Shown: positions 43,986 through 54,427, numbered from the stretch's first letter. The stretch is 64,000 bases of DNA from an uncultured Clostridia bacterium (GCA_944386365.1 CALXAT010000003.1:12407-76406); one strand, 5' to 3'. Translations and numbers: made by a program. Notes: generated by a model not told the origin, from the sequence alone.

Positions 43986-44579
43986 TTAATCTTTTAAATA
44001 TTTCTTTATTCCTCTCATATAATCTATACCAGAAAATATAGTCGCTATAGTCTGGACAATCATCATAAAGGTAACAACTGCATTTAATACAAAGTCTCCT
44101 CCTTGTAATGTTCCATCAAAACATTGTCCAAATGCATGTAAATCTAGAAATGCTAAAATAATAGCTAACATTTGTGTCACTGTTTTTAGTTTTCCCCATT
44201 TTGATGCTGCAATTACTTCTCCACCTTTTTCTACAGCTATTAATCTATATCCTGATACTAAAAATTCTCTTGCTAATACAATGATTGGTATCCAAGCTGG
44301 AAGTTTATTCATTTCTACTAGCATAAGCATTGCTGACAATACTAAAATTTTATCAGCTAATGGATCTAAAAATTTTCCAAATGCTGTTACTTGATTTTTA
44401 CTTCTTGCTATATATCCATCTAATTTATCTGTTAGTGAGGCTAATATAAAAATTAGGTCAATAATCAAATAAGATATTGGTATTCCCCATAAATTTCCTT
44501 CTATTCCTAAAAATGGTATAATTACCATTATAGGAACTAAAATCATCCTAAATATTGTTAATTTATTTGGTAGATTCAT
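43986..44579 (-). CDS. pgsA: CDP-diacylglycerol--glycerol-3-phosphate 3-phosphatidyltransferase
   Basis: 197 aa. Has the CDP-alcohol phosphatidyltransferase motif DKLDGYIARSKNQVTAFGKFLDPLADK. Confidence 0.9.
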   Translation of the reverse strand: MNLPNKLTIFRMILVPIMVIIPFLGIEGNLWGIPISYLIIDLIFILASLTDKLDGYIARSKNQVTAFGKFLDPLADKILVLSAMLMLVEMNKLPAWIPIIVLAREFLVSGYRLIAVEKGGEVIAASKWGKLKTVTQMLAIILAFLDLHAFGQCFDGTLQGGDFVLNAVVTFMMIVQTIATIFSGIDYMRGIKKYLKD

Positions 44580-44605
44580 CCTTCTCTCCCCTTTATTTTT
44601 TATTT

Positions 44606-45823
44606 TTATTTTAACATTTCCATTGCTTTTTGTAATTGTGTATCTTTGCTTCTATCTATATTAAATACATCTTCCACATCTTCTGGTAATTCCACTGTTT
44701 CATCTGGTTCAATACCTACTTTATTGATTTCTGTCCTATTTGGCGTTAAATATTTTTCTGTTGTTATTTTTAGTCCACTACCATCTGGAAGTGTTAATAT
44801 TTGTTGTATAACACCTTTTCCATATGTTTTTGTTCCTACTATTTTTGCTTTTCCTAAATCTTTTAATGCGCCTGCTAATATTTCTGACGAACTAGCTGTA
44901 TTTTCATTTGTCAAGATAATTACTGGCATATTAATAATTGGATCATTTTCTGATTTTTCTACTGTTTCATTGTTATTTTTATCTACTTCATAAAGCAACA
45001 CAGAATCTTTGTCTGCAATATAGTCTGCTATTTTTAAAGCTTCATCTACGATTCCTCCACCATTATTTCTTAAGTCTATAATTAATGAAGTAATTCCTTG
45101 TGATTGTAGCTCTTCAAATTTTGACTTAAATTCTTCTGCCGTATTTTCATCAAATGAAGAAAATTCTATATATCCTATATGATTTTCTAAAACCTCTCCT
45201 TCTACAGGATTTACAATAATATTCTCCCTTGTAATTTCAAAATCAAGGGTATCATTTCCTCTTAATATTTGTAATTTTACAGTACTACCGGCTTCTCCTT
45301 TTATCTTTGTTGAAATTGCTGTCATATCTTCTGCTGTACATTCTTCTCCATTAACAGATAGAATTAAATCTCCTGGTTTAATGCCTGCCTTTTCTGCTGG
45401 GCTATTTTTGATTGGAGATAAGACCATAATTCTATTAGATTCTGTATCTTGTACCATATATATTCCAATACCAACAAAATTTCCCATTGTATCCTCTAAA
45501 TAGTCATTCATATCTTCTTTAGAAATATATTCTGTATAAGGGTCGCCTAATCCTTCTATATATCCTTTTATAGCCCCTTCTTTTAAACTTTCTTCATCCA
45601 CTTCGCCTAAATAATATTTGTTTATTAGGGCTTTATATGTATCTAATGTTTGTGAAATATCTTGACTTTCATCAGATGTCATTAAAGTTAAATATTTATT
45701 TAAACTATCTCCTTTTACAAAATATTGATAAAACCAAATTGAAGTAATGATAAATGTTATAAATGCTACTAAAACAATCAGCATTATAATTTTATATACT
45801 TTATATCTTTTTTTCTCCTCCAT
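44606..45823 (-). CDS. ctpA: Carboxy-terminal processing protease (S41 family, PDZ-containing)
   Basis: 405 aa. Has an N-terminal TM helix, a PDZ domain (GIKPGDLILSVNG), IIDLRNNGGG, TASSSEILAGALKD and KGVIQ. Confidence 0.9.
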   Translation of the reverse strand: MEEKKRYKVYKIIMLIVLVAFITFIITSIWFYQYFVKGDSLNKYLTLMTSDESQDISQTLDTYKALINKYYLGEVDEESLKEGAIKGYIEGLGDPYTEYISKEDMNDYLEDTMGNFVGIGIYMVQDTESNRIMVLSPIKNSPAEKAGIKPGDLILSVNGEECTAEDMTAISTKIKGEAGSTVKLQILRGNDTLDFEITRENIIVNPVEGEVLENHIGYIEFSSFDENTAEEFKSKFEELQSQGITSLIIDLRNNGGGIVDEALKIADYIADKDSVLLYEVDKNNNETVEKSENDPIINMPVIILTNENTASSSEILAGALKDLGKAKIVGTKTYGKGVIQQILTLPDGSGLKITTEKYLTPNRTEINKVGIEPDETVELPEDVEDVFNIDRSKDTQLQKAMEMLK

Positions 45824-45887
45824 TTGTTTCCTTCCTTTCGCTAATATTTTATATATTTATTATATTTCACAATCCAATAGCAAATTC

Positions 45888-45930
45888 CAAAAAGAGAGAT
45901 TAAAGGAACATTCCTTAATCCCTCTTTTTT
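45888..45930. terminator. Bidirectional terminator between the last M23 gene and ctpA
   Basis: GAGAGATTAAAGGA / TCCTTAATCCCTC stem (bulge plus one mismatch that is G-U on the minus strand), flanked by an A5 run and a T6 run. Confidence 0.5.
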
Positions 45931-45947
45931 AATTACAGAATGTCTTT

Positions 45948-47249
45948 TTAAAAGTATAAGTTAGGATTTACCCTACAATCGTCTCCATACTTTGTAGCAC
46001 TATAGCTATATGTATATGGTGCCTTTCTTACTTCAAAATGTAAATGTGGCCCTTCTGAATTTCCTGAATTACCACTTTTCATAATCATTTGTCCTTGTGA
46101 AACAATTTGTCCTTCTGATACACAAATTGATCCAGGTGTTCCGTGTGCATACCAAGTTTGCAATCCATTTGCATGTTGAATAACCACATACGTTCCATAA
46201 CTGGTTGTTAAACTATTGGTTGTTAACACAACACCATCTGCCGCTGCATATACAGGTGTTCCAATACTTACACCATAATCAATTGCGCCATGAAATTTTC
46301 CACTTGAATAATAACCATTACAAGTAACGGTTCCGCCATTTACAGGTCTAATAAATCCTCCTGCATTGGATGTTCCACTACTCGAACTGCTACCACTTGA
46401 GCTACTACTACCTGTGCTACCATTTGAACTTGAACTTCCACCTGAAGAACTAGAACCACTTGATGATGTATTTCCTGTAGATGGTTTCTTATTGGCTAAT
46501 TCTTCTAATTGTTTCTTATATTTTTCTTGTGCCACTTGAATATCATTCAAAATTTTCTGATTATCTCTTGTTAAGTCATCAATTTCTTGTTGCAAATCTT
46601 GCTCTTCTTGTGATAATTGAGATACATATTTACTTTTTTCATTTTTTGCTGTTTCTAATTGAACAGATTTACTTTCTTTTTCTGCTTTAGAACTATCTAG
46701 CTCTTTTTTATTATTTTCTAATGTCGTTTTCGCATCTTCTATTTCTTGTTTTTCATCTTCTATTTTTTGCATCAAATTCATATCTGCTTCCGCAATTTGA
46801 GAAATCAAATAATAATTTGAAATTAAATCTGTCAAACTATCTGAAGAAAGTAACACATCCAAGAAGGAAGTTTCACCAGCTTCATAAGTTGCTACTAACC
46901 TTTTTTCTAGTAATTCTTGCTGTTTATCATAATCTTGTTGTTTTTCGTTTATTTGATTTTCAGCATCTGTTATCTGTGTATTTAAATCATTAATTTTGTA
47001 ATCTAATTCTCCAATTTGACTTTCATAATCAGCTATTTGACTATTTAACGCATCTACTTGCTTTTGTACATCACTTTTTTCTTGAGAGACCTGGTCTTTT
47101 TGTTCTTGTGTTTCATCTATTTTCTTTTTTGTATCTGCCTGTTGGTTTTGTAAATCGGATATTTCATCGGCATATACAATTACATTATATTGTAACATGA
47201 CTATGATAATAACTAATCCCAGCAGTATTTTAAAAAATACTTTTTTCAT
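45948..47249 (-). CDS. Coiled-coil + M23 (LytM) peptidase, paralog 3, with a Ser/Gly linker
   Basis: Has a signal peptide, a long coiled coil, the linker GNTSSSGSSSSGGSSSSNGSTGSSSSSGSSSSSGTS, and the M23 motifs HGAID and GPHLHFEV. The ATG at 47249 follows GGAGGG. Confidence 0.88.
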   Translation of the reverse strand: MKKVFFKILLGLVIIIVMLQYNVIVYADEISDLQNQQADTKKKIDETQEQKDQVSQEKSDVQKQVDALNSQIADYESQIGELDYKINDLNTQITDAENQINEKQQDYDKQQELLEKRLVATYEAGETSFLDVLLSSDSLTDLISNYYLISQIAEADMNLMQKIEDEKQEIEDAKTTLENNKKELDSSKAEKESKSVQLETAKNEKSKYVSQLSQEEQDLQQEIDDLTRDNQKILNDIQVAQEKYKKQLEELANKKPSTGNTSSSGSSSSGGSSSSNGSTGSSSSSGSSSSSGTSNAGGFIRPVNGGTVTCNGYYSSGKFHGAIDYGVSIGTPVYAAADGVVLTTNSLTTSYGTYVVIQHANGLQTWYAHGTPGSICVSEGQIVSQGQMIMKSGNSGNSEGPHLHFEVRKAPYTYSYSATKYGDDCRVNPNLYF

Positions 47250-47284
47250 ATGTTCCCTCCTTAAAATTAATATCACATAATTTA

Positions 47285-48463
47285 TTAAGGTAAATATGGT
47301 GTTGGATTAACGGGTACTCCATTTACTCTTACTTCAAAATGTAAGTGATATCCTGTTGAATTTCCTGTTGTTCCTACACTCATAATTTGTTGTCCTTGAC
47401 TTACATTTTGTCCTGCACTTACTAATCTTGAACCTGGTGCCCCATGTGCATATAATGTCATTGTTCCATCATGATGATTAATAACGATATATTCTCCATA
47501 ACTTCTATAATTTCCATTTGCATATTTTAAAGCTGTTGAAGTAACAACTGTTCCTGCTTTCGCAGCTAATACTGGTTTTCCAGAAATTCCTGCTCCACTA
47601 AAATCTACGCCTGTATGTCCACTATATCCCATCCAACCGGTTGTAATACTATATCCTACAATTGGTCTTATATAGCCACTTGAACTTGGATTATTTGTAA
47701 TGTTAGAAACATTAGATTTACTTGCATTTGCAGCCTCTTGTTTTGCAATTGCTGCTAATTGTGCTTGTATATCTCTTTTATCTTGTTCAAATTGTTCTAA
47801 CTCTGCTTGTGTGTTTTTCTCATCTTCATTTAATTGTGCCACATAAGAATCCTTTTGTGCTTTTGCACTCTGTAGTTCTGTTGATTTTTGTTGTTTCTCT
47901 GCTCTTGTACTATCTAATTCTTGTTTACTTGTTTCAAGCGTTTGTTTTGCTGTTTCGATTTCTTCCTGTTCTTTCTTAATTTTGTCCATTAATTCCATAT
48001 CACTTTCGTTTATTTCAGATATCATATAATAATTAGATATTAAATCTGTTAAACTTTTTGAAGATAATAAAACATCTAAATATGAAATTTCTCCTGCTTC
48101 ATAGGTTGCAACTAATCTTTTTTCTAATAATTCTTGTTTATCATCATATTCACTTTGTTTTTCATTTATCTTATTTTGTGCTTCTTGTATTTGTGTATTC
48201 ATATCAGATATCTTCTCATCTAAACTATCTATTTCTGATTGATAAGATGAAATTTGCGTAATCAAATCTTCAACTTGTTGCAATGTTTCTGATTTTTCTG
48301 AATTAATATTCTCTAATTGCTCTTTTGCTTCTTCTATTTTTTTATCTGTTTCATTACTACTTGCATTTAATTCCGATTTTGTTGCAGCAATTACTGTATT
48401 ATATTGTAATAAAATAATTGTTATGGTTACCATTCCTATTATTTTAAGACTTATTTTTTTCAT
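47285..48463 (-). CDS. Coiled-coil + M23 (LytM) peptidase, paralog 2
   Basis: M23 motifs HTGVD and GYHLHFEV. Its coiled-coil segment QELLEKRLVATYEAGEISYLDVLLSS is nearly identical to that of paralog 3. The ATG at 48463 lies 9 nt after GAGGAG. Confidence 0.88.
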   Translation of the reverse strand: MKKISLKIIGMVTITIILLQYNTVIAATKSELNASSNETDKKIEEAKEQLENINSEKSETLQQVEDLITQISSYQSEIDSLDEKISDMNTQIQEAQNKINEKQSEYDDKQELLEKRLVATYEAGEISYLDVLLSSKSLTDLISNYYMISEINESDMELMDKIKKEQEEIETAKQTLETSKQELDSTRAEKQQKSTELQSAKAQKDSYVAQLNEDEKNTQAELEQFEQDKRDIQAQLAAIAKQEAANASKSNVSNITNNPSSSGYIRPIVGYSITTGWMGYSGHTGVDFSGAGISGKPVLAAKAGTVVTSTALKYANGNYRSYGEYIVINHHDGTMTLYAHGAPGSRLVSAGQNVSQGQQIMSVGTTGNSTGYHLHFEVRVNGVPVNPTPYLP

Positions 48464-48496
48464 TTTGTTTCTCTCCTCTTTTTTCATTCTGTTTTT

Positions 48497-49708
48497 CTAA
48501 TTTACGGTATTTGTGTTTTCATTGTCTGTATTCTTATCTTGATTTTGTGATTCTGGAATTACGCCATTTGTAATATATTCTATTGGGTTTGTTACCACAC
48601 CATTAATTCTAACTTCAAAATGTGCATGTGGTCCTGTTGAATATCCAGTTGATCCTACTTTTAAAATTGCTTCATTTCTTTTTACAGTTTGTCCTACAGT
48701 TACTAAAATTTCTGAACCATGTGCATATAATGTTGAAATGCCTCCACCATGATCAATCATTACCATCTTTCCATAAGCTGTATTATATTCTGCTTTTGTA
48801 ACAATTCCATCATTGGCTGCTACAAAGTTGGCTCCTATTGGCGCACTAATATCTACACCTGTATGCAACTTATACTGTCCAGTAATGGGATGTACCCTCA
48901 TTCCATAATTAGAGGTAATTTTGGTATATCCTGGTACTGGCCAAGCAAGCACGCCTCCTATATATTCTGTATCTAATCCTTGCTTTGCAAGTTCTAATAT
49001 TTGTTCATTTACAGCTTCGTATTGTGCTGTAATTTCATCAATTTGTGCTTGTTTTGCTTTTTCCTCATCTGACAACCTTGAAATATAATTTTCTCTTAAT
49101 GTCTTTGTATTTTGCAATACAGTTGATGTTTTGGTTTGTGTTTGTAAAGCTGTTGCTAAAGTTGCTTGATTTTTTTCTAATTTTTGTTTTGATAATTCTA
49201 TTTCTTTCTTTTCTGTTTCTACTTCATCTAATAAATCTTTATCCATAGATGTAATTTCTGTAATCAAATAATATCCTGATAAAAATTCTGAAAGATCTTT
49301 TGATTTTAATAGAACATCTATATATTGTGTGTCACCAGATTCATATATGGCAACTAGTCGTTTTTCCATTATGTCTTTTTGTTTTTCATATTTTTTCTCT
49401 GCAACATCTAATTGTGACTGAATATTTGAGATTTCTTCTTGTAATTCTTTTACCTGTGTATCTAATTCAGACATCTTGTCTTCAGATTTTTTTATTTTTT
49501 CATCTAATTTTTCTATTTGTTGCAAATTTTCTGACAACTGGCTTTGTACTTCTTCTAGTTGATCATTAGATTCTGTAAGTTGATCTTGTAAATCCTGTTG
49601 CTGATTCTGTAAATCTGTTAAGTTATTATCACTATCTTCTGCATATACAGTTGTTATATATGTACAAATGATTATAAAAGCTAAAACAATACATAAAATT
49701 TTACGCAT
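48497..49708 (-). CDS. Coiled-coil + M23 (LytM) peptidase, paralog 1
   Basis: 403 aa. Has a signal peptide, a coiled coil, and the M23 motifs HTGVD and GPHAHFEV. Lies directly downstream of ftsX. Confidence 0.88.
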   Translation of the reverse strand: MRKILCIVLAFIIICTYITTVYAEDSDNNLTDLQNQQQDLQDQLTESNDQLEEVQSQLSENLQQIEKLDEKIKKSEDKMSELDTQVKELQEEISNIQSQLDVAEKKYEKQKDIMEKRLVAIYESGDTQYIDVLLKSKDLSEFLSGYYLITEITSMDKDLLDEVETEKKEIELSKQKLEKNQATLATALQTQTKTSTVLQNTKTLRENYISRLSDEEKAKQAQIDEITAQYEAVNEQILELAKQGLDTEYIGGVLAWPVPGYTKITSNYGMRVHPITGQYKLHTGVDISAPIGANFVAANDGIVTKAEYNTAYGKMVMIDHGGGISTLYAHGSEILVTVGQTVKRNEAILKVGSTGYSTGPHAHFEVRINGVVTNPIEYITNGVIPESQNQDKNTDNENTNTVN

Positions 49709-49719
49709 GCTCTACTCCT

Positions 49720-50622
49720 TTATACTTTTAAATATTTTCTCATAGAAATTATACTTCCTATTGCACCAATTCCTATTCCTAATAGCATATACACAACTAT
49801 AATTGAACTGAACATATCTGAAAAACTTACTAAGCTTACACCTATCGTTTTCATAAATTGTGAATTTACCATTTGTTCCGCAATAAAATTATAGGCAACC
49901 GCCACTATCAAAATAGAAATTGCACTTGCTATAATTCCTATAATCATACCTTCTACAATGAAAGGCCATCTAATAAATCCATTTGTTGCTCCTACATATT
50001 TCATAATAGATATTTCTTTTCTTCTTGCATGTACTGTTAATTTAATTGTATTTGCAATAATAAATATAGATATGATTACAAGTAAAGCTAAAATAACACC
50101 TGTAACAATTTTTATACCATTTGCTAAATCTATTAATGTTGATACTGTTTCATTTGAACTTGTAATCTTTTTTACATTTGGCAATTTGGATATTTCATCT
50201 TGAACTTGCTGACTTAATGTCAAGTCTGTTAATGTAACCACATAAGAAGCTGTAAAAATATTATTTTCTCCATCATATCCTTCTAATAAATCCTCATTAT
50301 CTGAAAATCTTTCTTTCATTTGATCTAATGCTGCTTCCTTTGAGCGGTATTCTATTGTATTAACACCATTTATCTGCTTTATTTCTTCACCTAATTCTTG
50401 CACTTGCTCATCTGTTGCTTCTTCTGTAGCAAATACTTGTATTCCTTGTGCATCTTCTACTTCTTGTACAAAATGATTGATATTTTCGCTTAATATTAAA
50501 AATACACCAAATATAATCATCGTTGCACACATTATCATTAATGATGCACCTGTCGATTTTTTATTCTTAAATACATTGCTAAATCCTTCTCCAACTAAAT
50601 AACCTAATATATTATATTTCAC
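49720..50622 (-). CDS. ftsX: Cell division ABC transporter permease FtsX
   Basis: 300 aa with 4 TM helices and a large first extracellular loop. There is a 4-nt overlap with ftsE. Confidence 0.9.
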   Translation of the reverse strand: MKYNILGYLVGEGFSNVFKNKKSTGASLMIMCATMIIFGVFLILSENINHFVQEVEDAQGIQVFATEEATDEQVQELGEEIKQINGVNTIEYRSKEAALDQMKERFSDNEDLLEGYDGENNIFTASYVVTLTDLTLSQQVQDEISKLPNVKKITSSNETVSTLIDLANGIKIVTGVILALLVIISIFIIANTIKLTVHARRKEISIMKYVGATNGFIRWPFIVEGMIIGIIASAISILIVAVAYNFIAEQMVNSQFMKTIGVSLVSFSDMFSSIIVVYMLLGIGIGAIGSIISMRKYLKV

Positions 50623-51299
50623 AATTCATACCCACCTTTTTCATCATCTTTTATGATTTCACCTTTTCTTATGTGAATAACTCTTTTTTTCATTTTATCT
50701 ACAATATCCTTTGCATGTGTTGCCACAACAACCGTTGTCCCTCTCATATTAATATCATTTAATAATGTCATAATATCCCATGCTGTATCTGGATCTAAGT
50801 TTCCTGTTGGCTCGTCTGCAATTAGCATAGATGGATTATTTACCAATGCTCTTGCAAGTGCCACTCTTTGTTGTTCTCCTCCTGATAATTCATTTGGATA
50901 CATTTTTGCTTTTCCACTTAATCCAACTAATGAAAGTACCATTGGAACTTGTCTTCTAATATGTCTTGGTGTTGCTCTTACAATATACATAGCATATGCA
51001 ACATTATCATATACTGTTTTGTCTGGTAAAAGTCTGAAATCTTGAAATACAACTCCCATACTTCTTCTTAAATATGGAATTCTATTTGGTTTTAAAAATG
51101 TTGTATCTTTCCCATTAATAATAATATTTCCTGAAGTTGGCTCTTCTTCTTTTAAGATTAGTTTAATTAATGTAGATTTTCCACTACCTGAAGATCCAAC
51201 TAAAAAAGCAAATTCGCCTTTATCTATTCTAAAATTAGCATTTTTGACTGCTTTTGTTCCTGTGTCATACGTCTTTGTAACATTTCTAAATTCAATCAT
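50619..51299 (-). CDS. ftsE: Cell division ATP-binding protein FtsE
   Basis: 226 aa. Has GSSGSGKST, LSGGEQQR and LIADEPTGNLD. Confidence 0.93.
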   Translation of the reverse strand: MIEFRNVTKTYDTGTKAVKNANFRIDKGEFAFLVGSSGSGKSTLIKLILKEEEPTSGNIIINGKDTTFLKPNRIPYLRRSMGVVFQDFRLLPDKTVYDNVAYAMYIVRATPRHIRRQVPMVLSLVGLSGKAKMYPNELSGGEQQRVALARALVNNPSMLIADEPTGNLDPDTAWDIMTLLNDINMRGTTVVVATHAKDIVDKMKKRVIHIRKGEIIKDDEKGGYEL

Positions 51300-51399
51300 C
51301 TTTTGCTCTCCTTATATATTTTTTTGCATAATATTCTATTATATATTTTATTCTTTCTAATCATAACAATAAAGAACAAAATTTGCAATAGTTTTTACA

Positions 51400-51450
51400 T
51401 AAAAAAACGATAGAAAATGTTGGTTTTTTTGCATTTTCTATCGTTTTTCT
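51400..51450 (-). terminator. Rho-independent terminator upstream of ftsE (ends the 143-aa gene transcript)
   Basis: Perfect 13-bp stem ACGATAGAAAATG (51407-51419) / CATTTTCTATCGT (51432-51444), flanked by an A7 run and a T5 run. Confidence 0.75.
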
Positions 51451-51491
51451 CTGTTTTTCATCATTTCAAAAAATTCACATAAAATTCACAA

Positions 51492-51923
51492 TTAATCATC
51501 ATGTTTTACAGTATAATCACATACTATTTTCCCTTTTTTATTTTGAATTGCCTCTTTAATAGCTTGAAGAGATTTCCTATTTCCTTGTATTATCGCATTT
51601 GTTTCTTCATCTTCCTCATATTCTATATTACTCGTATCAACATCTTCATAAAGAATTACTTTATTAGTACTTTGTAATGGAGTACTAAGACTCTCTTGTT
51701 CTATAATTTTATCTTCATATACAAAATATCTTGAAGATGCACCGTCAACTGCTGACATATCTACGTTTGTTATTATAAATTTATAATCATCTGGTATTTT
51801 ATATTTCAATCCATATCCTTCTCCTCCCATTCTTGTTTTCAATCCTACTGTCACCAAAATAATTATAATAATTCCTATTAGTATGATTATTCCTATTGCA
51901 CTCTTACTTATCTTCTTTTTCAT
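51492..51923 (-). CDS. Membrane-anchored hypothetical protein (143 aa)
   Basis: ORF with a single N-terminal TM helix. No family recognised. Confidence 0.5.
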   Translation of the reverse strand: MKKKISKSAIGIIILIGIIIIILVTVGLKTRMGGEGYGLKYKIPDDYKFIITNVDMSAVDGASSRYFVYEDKIIEQESLSTPLQSTNKVILYEDVDTSNIEYEEDEETNAIIQGNRKSLQAIKEAIQNKKGKIVCDYTVKHDD

Positions 51924-51990
51924 ATTTTATCCCCTCTAAATTCATATTTTCAGCTGTGTAAAAAATTTTCTTTTCCTTCATTTTCCATTT

Positions 51991-52500
51991 CTAGCACGCC
52001 TCTTGTTTTCTTCCAAATAGGTTTAAAATTTTCTCTAAAATTTTTTGCCAAAAATATTTCTTTTGTGGTACATAAATTTGCATCCATTTTCCAGTTTCAT
52101 TATTTGGGCTTTGTTCTACAGTTTGTTTTGTTTCTGCACCCTCATTTTGATTACGTAATAAAGCTGCTTTATCTTCTTCACTTATTGTTTGCTTTCCAAT
52201 TGATGCTAATGCTTCGTCTATTACTGTATTTTCTGTTTTTTTACTTTTTTGCTTATATGTATCTGAGTCTAAAAAATTCATAATTTCTGTTTGAATAAGC
52301 ATAATTTCACTCAAAAATTCTATAGCCTGTGTATTGTTGCTCTCAATATCTTTTCGTATTTCTTCTATTTTTTTTACAATCCAATCTGCTTTTTCTTTAT
52401 CCACTTTCTCAATTTTTTCTGCTTTTTGATAAATATTTGCCAAACTATTCATAATGGCATTTTGTATTTTATTTACTTTTTCTTCTTTTTCACTATTCAT
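51991..52500 (-). CDS. Hypothetical helical protein (169 aa)
   Basis: A Lys/Glu-rich ORF in operon orientation. No family recognised. Confidence 0.45.
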   Translation of the reverse strand: MNSEKEEKVNKIQNAIMNSLANIYQKAEKIEKVDKEKADWIVKKIEEIRKDIESNNTQAIEFLSEIMLIQTEIMNFLDSDTYKQKSKKTENTVIDEALASIGKQTISEEDKAALLRNQNEGAETKQTVEQSPNNETGKWMQIYVPQKKYFWQKILEKILNLFGRKQEAC

Positions 52501-52525
52501 TTTTTTCTCCTTTGTACTTTTTTCT

Positions 52526-53455
52526 TTAATTGTTTTTTATTGTTTGTATAATTCCTTCACTTGTAAGTCCAAAATATTTCATTAATTCTACAGCATTTCC
52601 TGATTTTCCAAAAGTATCTTTAATTCCTAATCTTATTAATTTACATGGATATTCCTCTGTTAAAACTTCTGCAATTGCACTTCCTAATCCACCAATTATA
52701 CTATGGTCTTCAATAGAAATTAACTTCTTCGTTTCTTTTGCTGATTTAATAATCATTTCTTTATCAATTGGTTTGATGGTATGAACATCTACAACTCTTA
52801 TATAAATGCCTTCTTTCTCTAATTCCTCTTTTGCTTTTAAAGCTTCTGCAACAACCACGCCTGTTGCAAATATCGTTGCATCTGTTCCTTCTCCTATTTG
52901 AATTGCTTTTCCAATTTCAAATTTTTGATTTTCTTCATAAATTCCTGGTGTTGCCAATCTTGCTAATCGCATATATACAGGTCCTTTTATCTTTGCAATT
53001 TCTTCTACCAAATATTTTGTTTTTACATCATCAGATGGACAAAGAACTGTCATATTTGGTAAAGCTCTCATTAATGCTAAATCTTCTAACATTTGGTGGG
53101 TTGCTCCATCTTCTCCAACTGTAATGCCACAATGGGTTGCACATATTTTTACATTTAAATTTGGATAACAAATACTTGCACGTATTTGATCATAGGCTCG
53201 TCCTGCTGCAAAAGCTGCAAAAGTACTTACATAAGGTATTTTTCCACAAGATGCCATTCCTGCTGCTACACCCATCATATTAGCTTCTGCAATTCCCATA
53301 TCAAAAAATCTATCTGGAAATTTTTTAGCAAATATACTTGTTTTAGTAGCTGCTGATAAGTCTGCATCTAGTACAACAATCTTTTTATTTTCTTCTCCCA
53401 ATTTTTCTAAAGCCTCTCCATAACTTTGTCTTGTTGCTTTCTTTTCCTCTTTCAT
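52526..53455 (-). CDS. Transketolase, C-terminal (pyrimidine-binding + C-terminal domain) subunit
   Basis: MKEEKKATRQSYGEALEKLG...VVLDADLSAATKT...FFDMGIAEANMMGVAAGMA is typical of the split transketolase B subunit. The ATG at 53455 lies 9 nt after AGGAG. Confidence 0.88.
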   Translation of the reverse strand: MKEEKKATRQSYGEALEKLGEENKKIVVLDADLSAATKTSIFAKKFPDRFFDMGIAEANMMGVAAGMASCGKIPYVSTFAAFAAGRAYDQIRASICYPNLNVKICATHCGITVGEDGATHQMLEDLALMRALPNMTVLCPSDDVKTKYLVEEIAKIKGPVYMRLARLATPGIYEENQKFEIGKAIQIGEGTDATIFATGVVVAEALKAKEELEKEGIYIRVVDVHTIKPIDKEMIIKSAKETKKLISIEDHSIIGGLGSAIAEVLTEEYPCKLIRLGIKDTFGKSGNAVELMKYFGLTSEGIIQTIKNN

Positions 53456-53524
53456 AAAATTAACTCCTTTCATTTATGTTTTAAAACACATTTTTAGTAT
53501 ACTTTTATCCATTAAGACATCCTA

Positions 53525-54427
53525 TTACAAGGTCGCTCCAATCATACCTGCATCATTGCCTAATATGGCTGTCTGTATAATGATTTCTTTTCTCTCATTA
53601 AACAATAACTTCTCTTCTATTATCTTTCTTTTCAATTTTTCTAAGAATATTTCCTCATAAAATACAAAACTTCCACCAATGCCAATCGCTTCTGGTTCAA
53701 AAATATTTACTAAATTAGATATTCCAATACTTAAATATTCTATATATTGCTCAATAAGTTTATTGATTTCTGTATAATATGGGTTTTCTTTATTGTTTTT
53801 TCGCAATATATCTAATAAATCTTTTCCACTTGTTTTTTCGTCCACATTTAATATTTCTCTTAAATTATCTTTAAAAGCTTTCATGGAAGCATATTTTTCC
53901 CAGCAACCTTTTTTTCCACATTTGCATACCTTTCCATCTTTTTCTATAATCATATGTCCAAATTCACATCCTGGCAAAGCCCCTGTATCTAATAATTCAT
54001 TATTGATGATAACAGCGCCTCCTATACCTGTTCCTAGTGTTAAAAATATACTTCTTTTATATGATTTTAAAGTTCCATATACATTTTCAGCAATTGCCGC
54101 ACATTTGGCATCATTTCGAATTTTTATTGGTATCTTGATTTTTTCTTGTAAATTTTTGACAATTGTATAATTTTTCAAACCTAAGTTCACAGATTTTAGT
54201 ACGGTTCCCTCTTTGACAGTCCCTGGAATAGCAATTCCGATTTCAGAAATTTTATATTGATGCACAAACCCTTCTACTTTTTCGATTATATATTCTTCTA
54301 TAACTTTTTTTATATTATTTTTTTCAGTTGTTGTTATTCTTTTTTCTGTTTTTTCTATTATTTTTCCTTTCGTATCCATTATACCTATGGCAATATGACT
54401 ACCACCTAAATCAATCCCTATCTTCAT
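53525..54427 (-). CDS. ROK family glucokinase
   Basis: 300 aa. Has MKIGIDLGGSHIAIG, LTLGTGIGGAVI and the zinc motif GHMIIEKDGKVCKCGKKGCWE. Confidence 0.88.
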   Translation of the reverse strand: MKIGIDLGGSHIAIGIMDTKGKIIEKTEKRITTTEKNNIKKVIEEYIIEKVEGFVHQYKISEIGIAIPGTVKEGTVLKSVNLGLKNYTIVKNLQEKIKIPIKIRNDAKCAAIAENVYGTLKSYKRSIFLTLGTGIGGAVIINNELLDTGALPGCEFGHMIIEKDGKVCKCGKKGCWEKYASMKAFKDNLREILNVDEKTSGKDLLDILRKNNKENPYYTEINKLIEQYIEYLSIGISNLVNIFEPEAIGIGGSFVFYEEIFLEKLKRKIIEEKLLFNERKEIIIQTAILGNDAGMIGATL

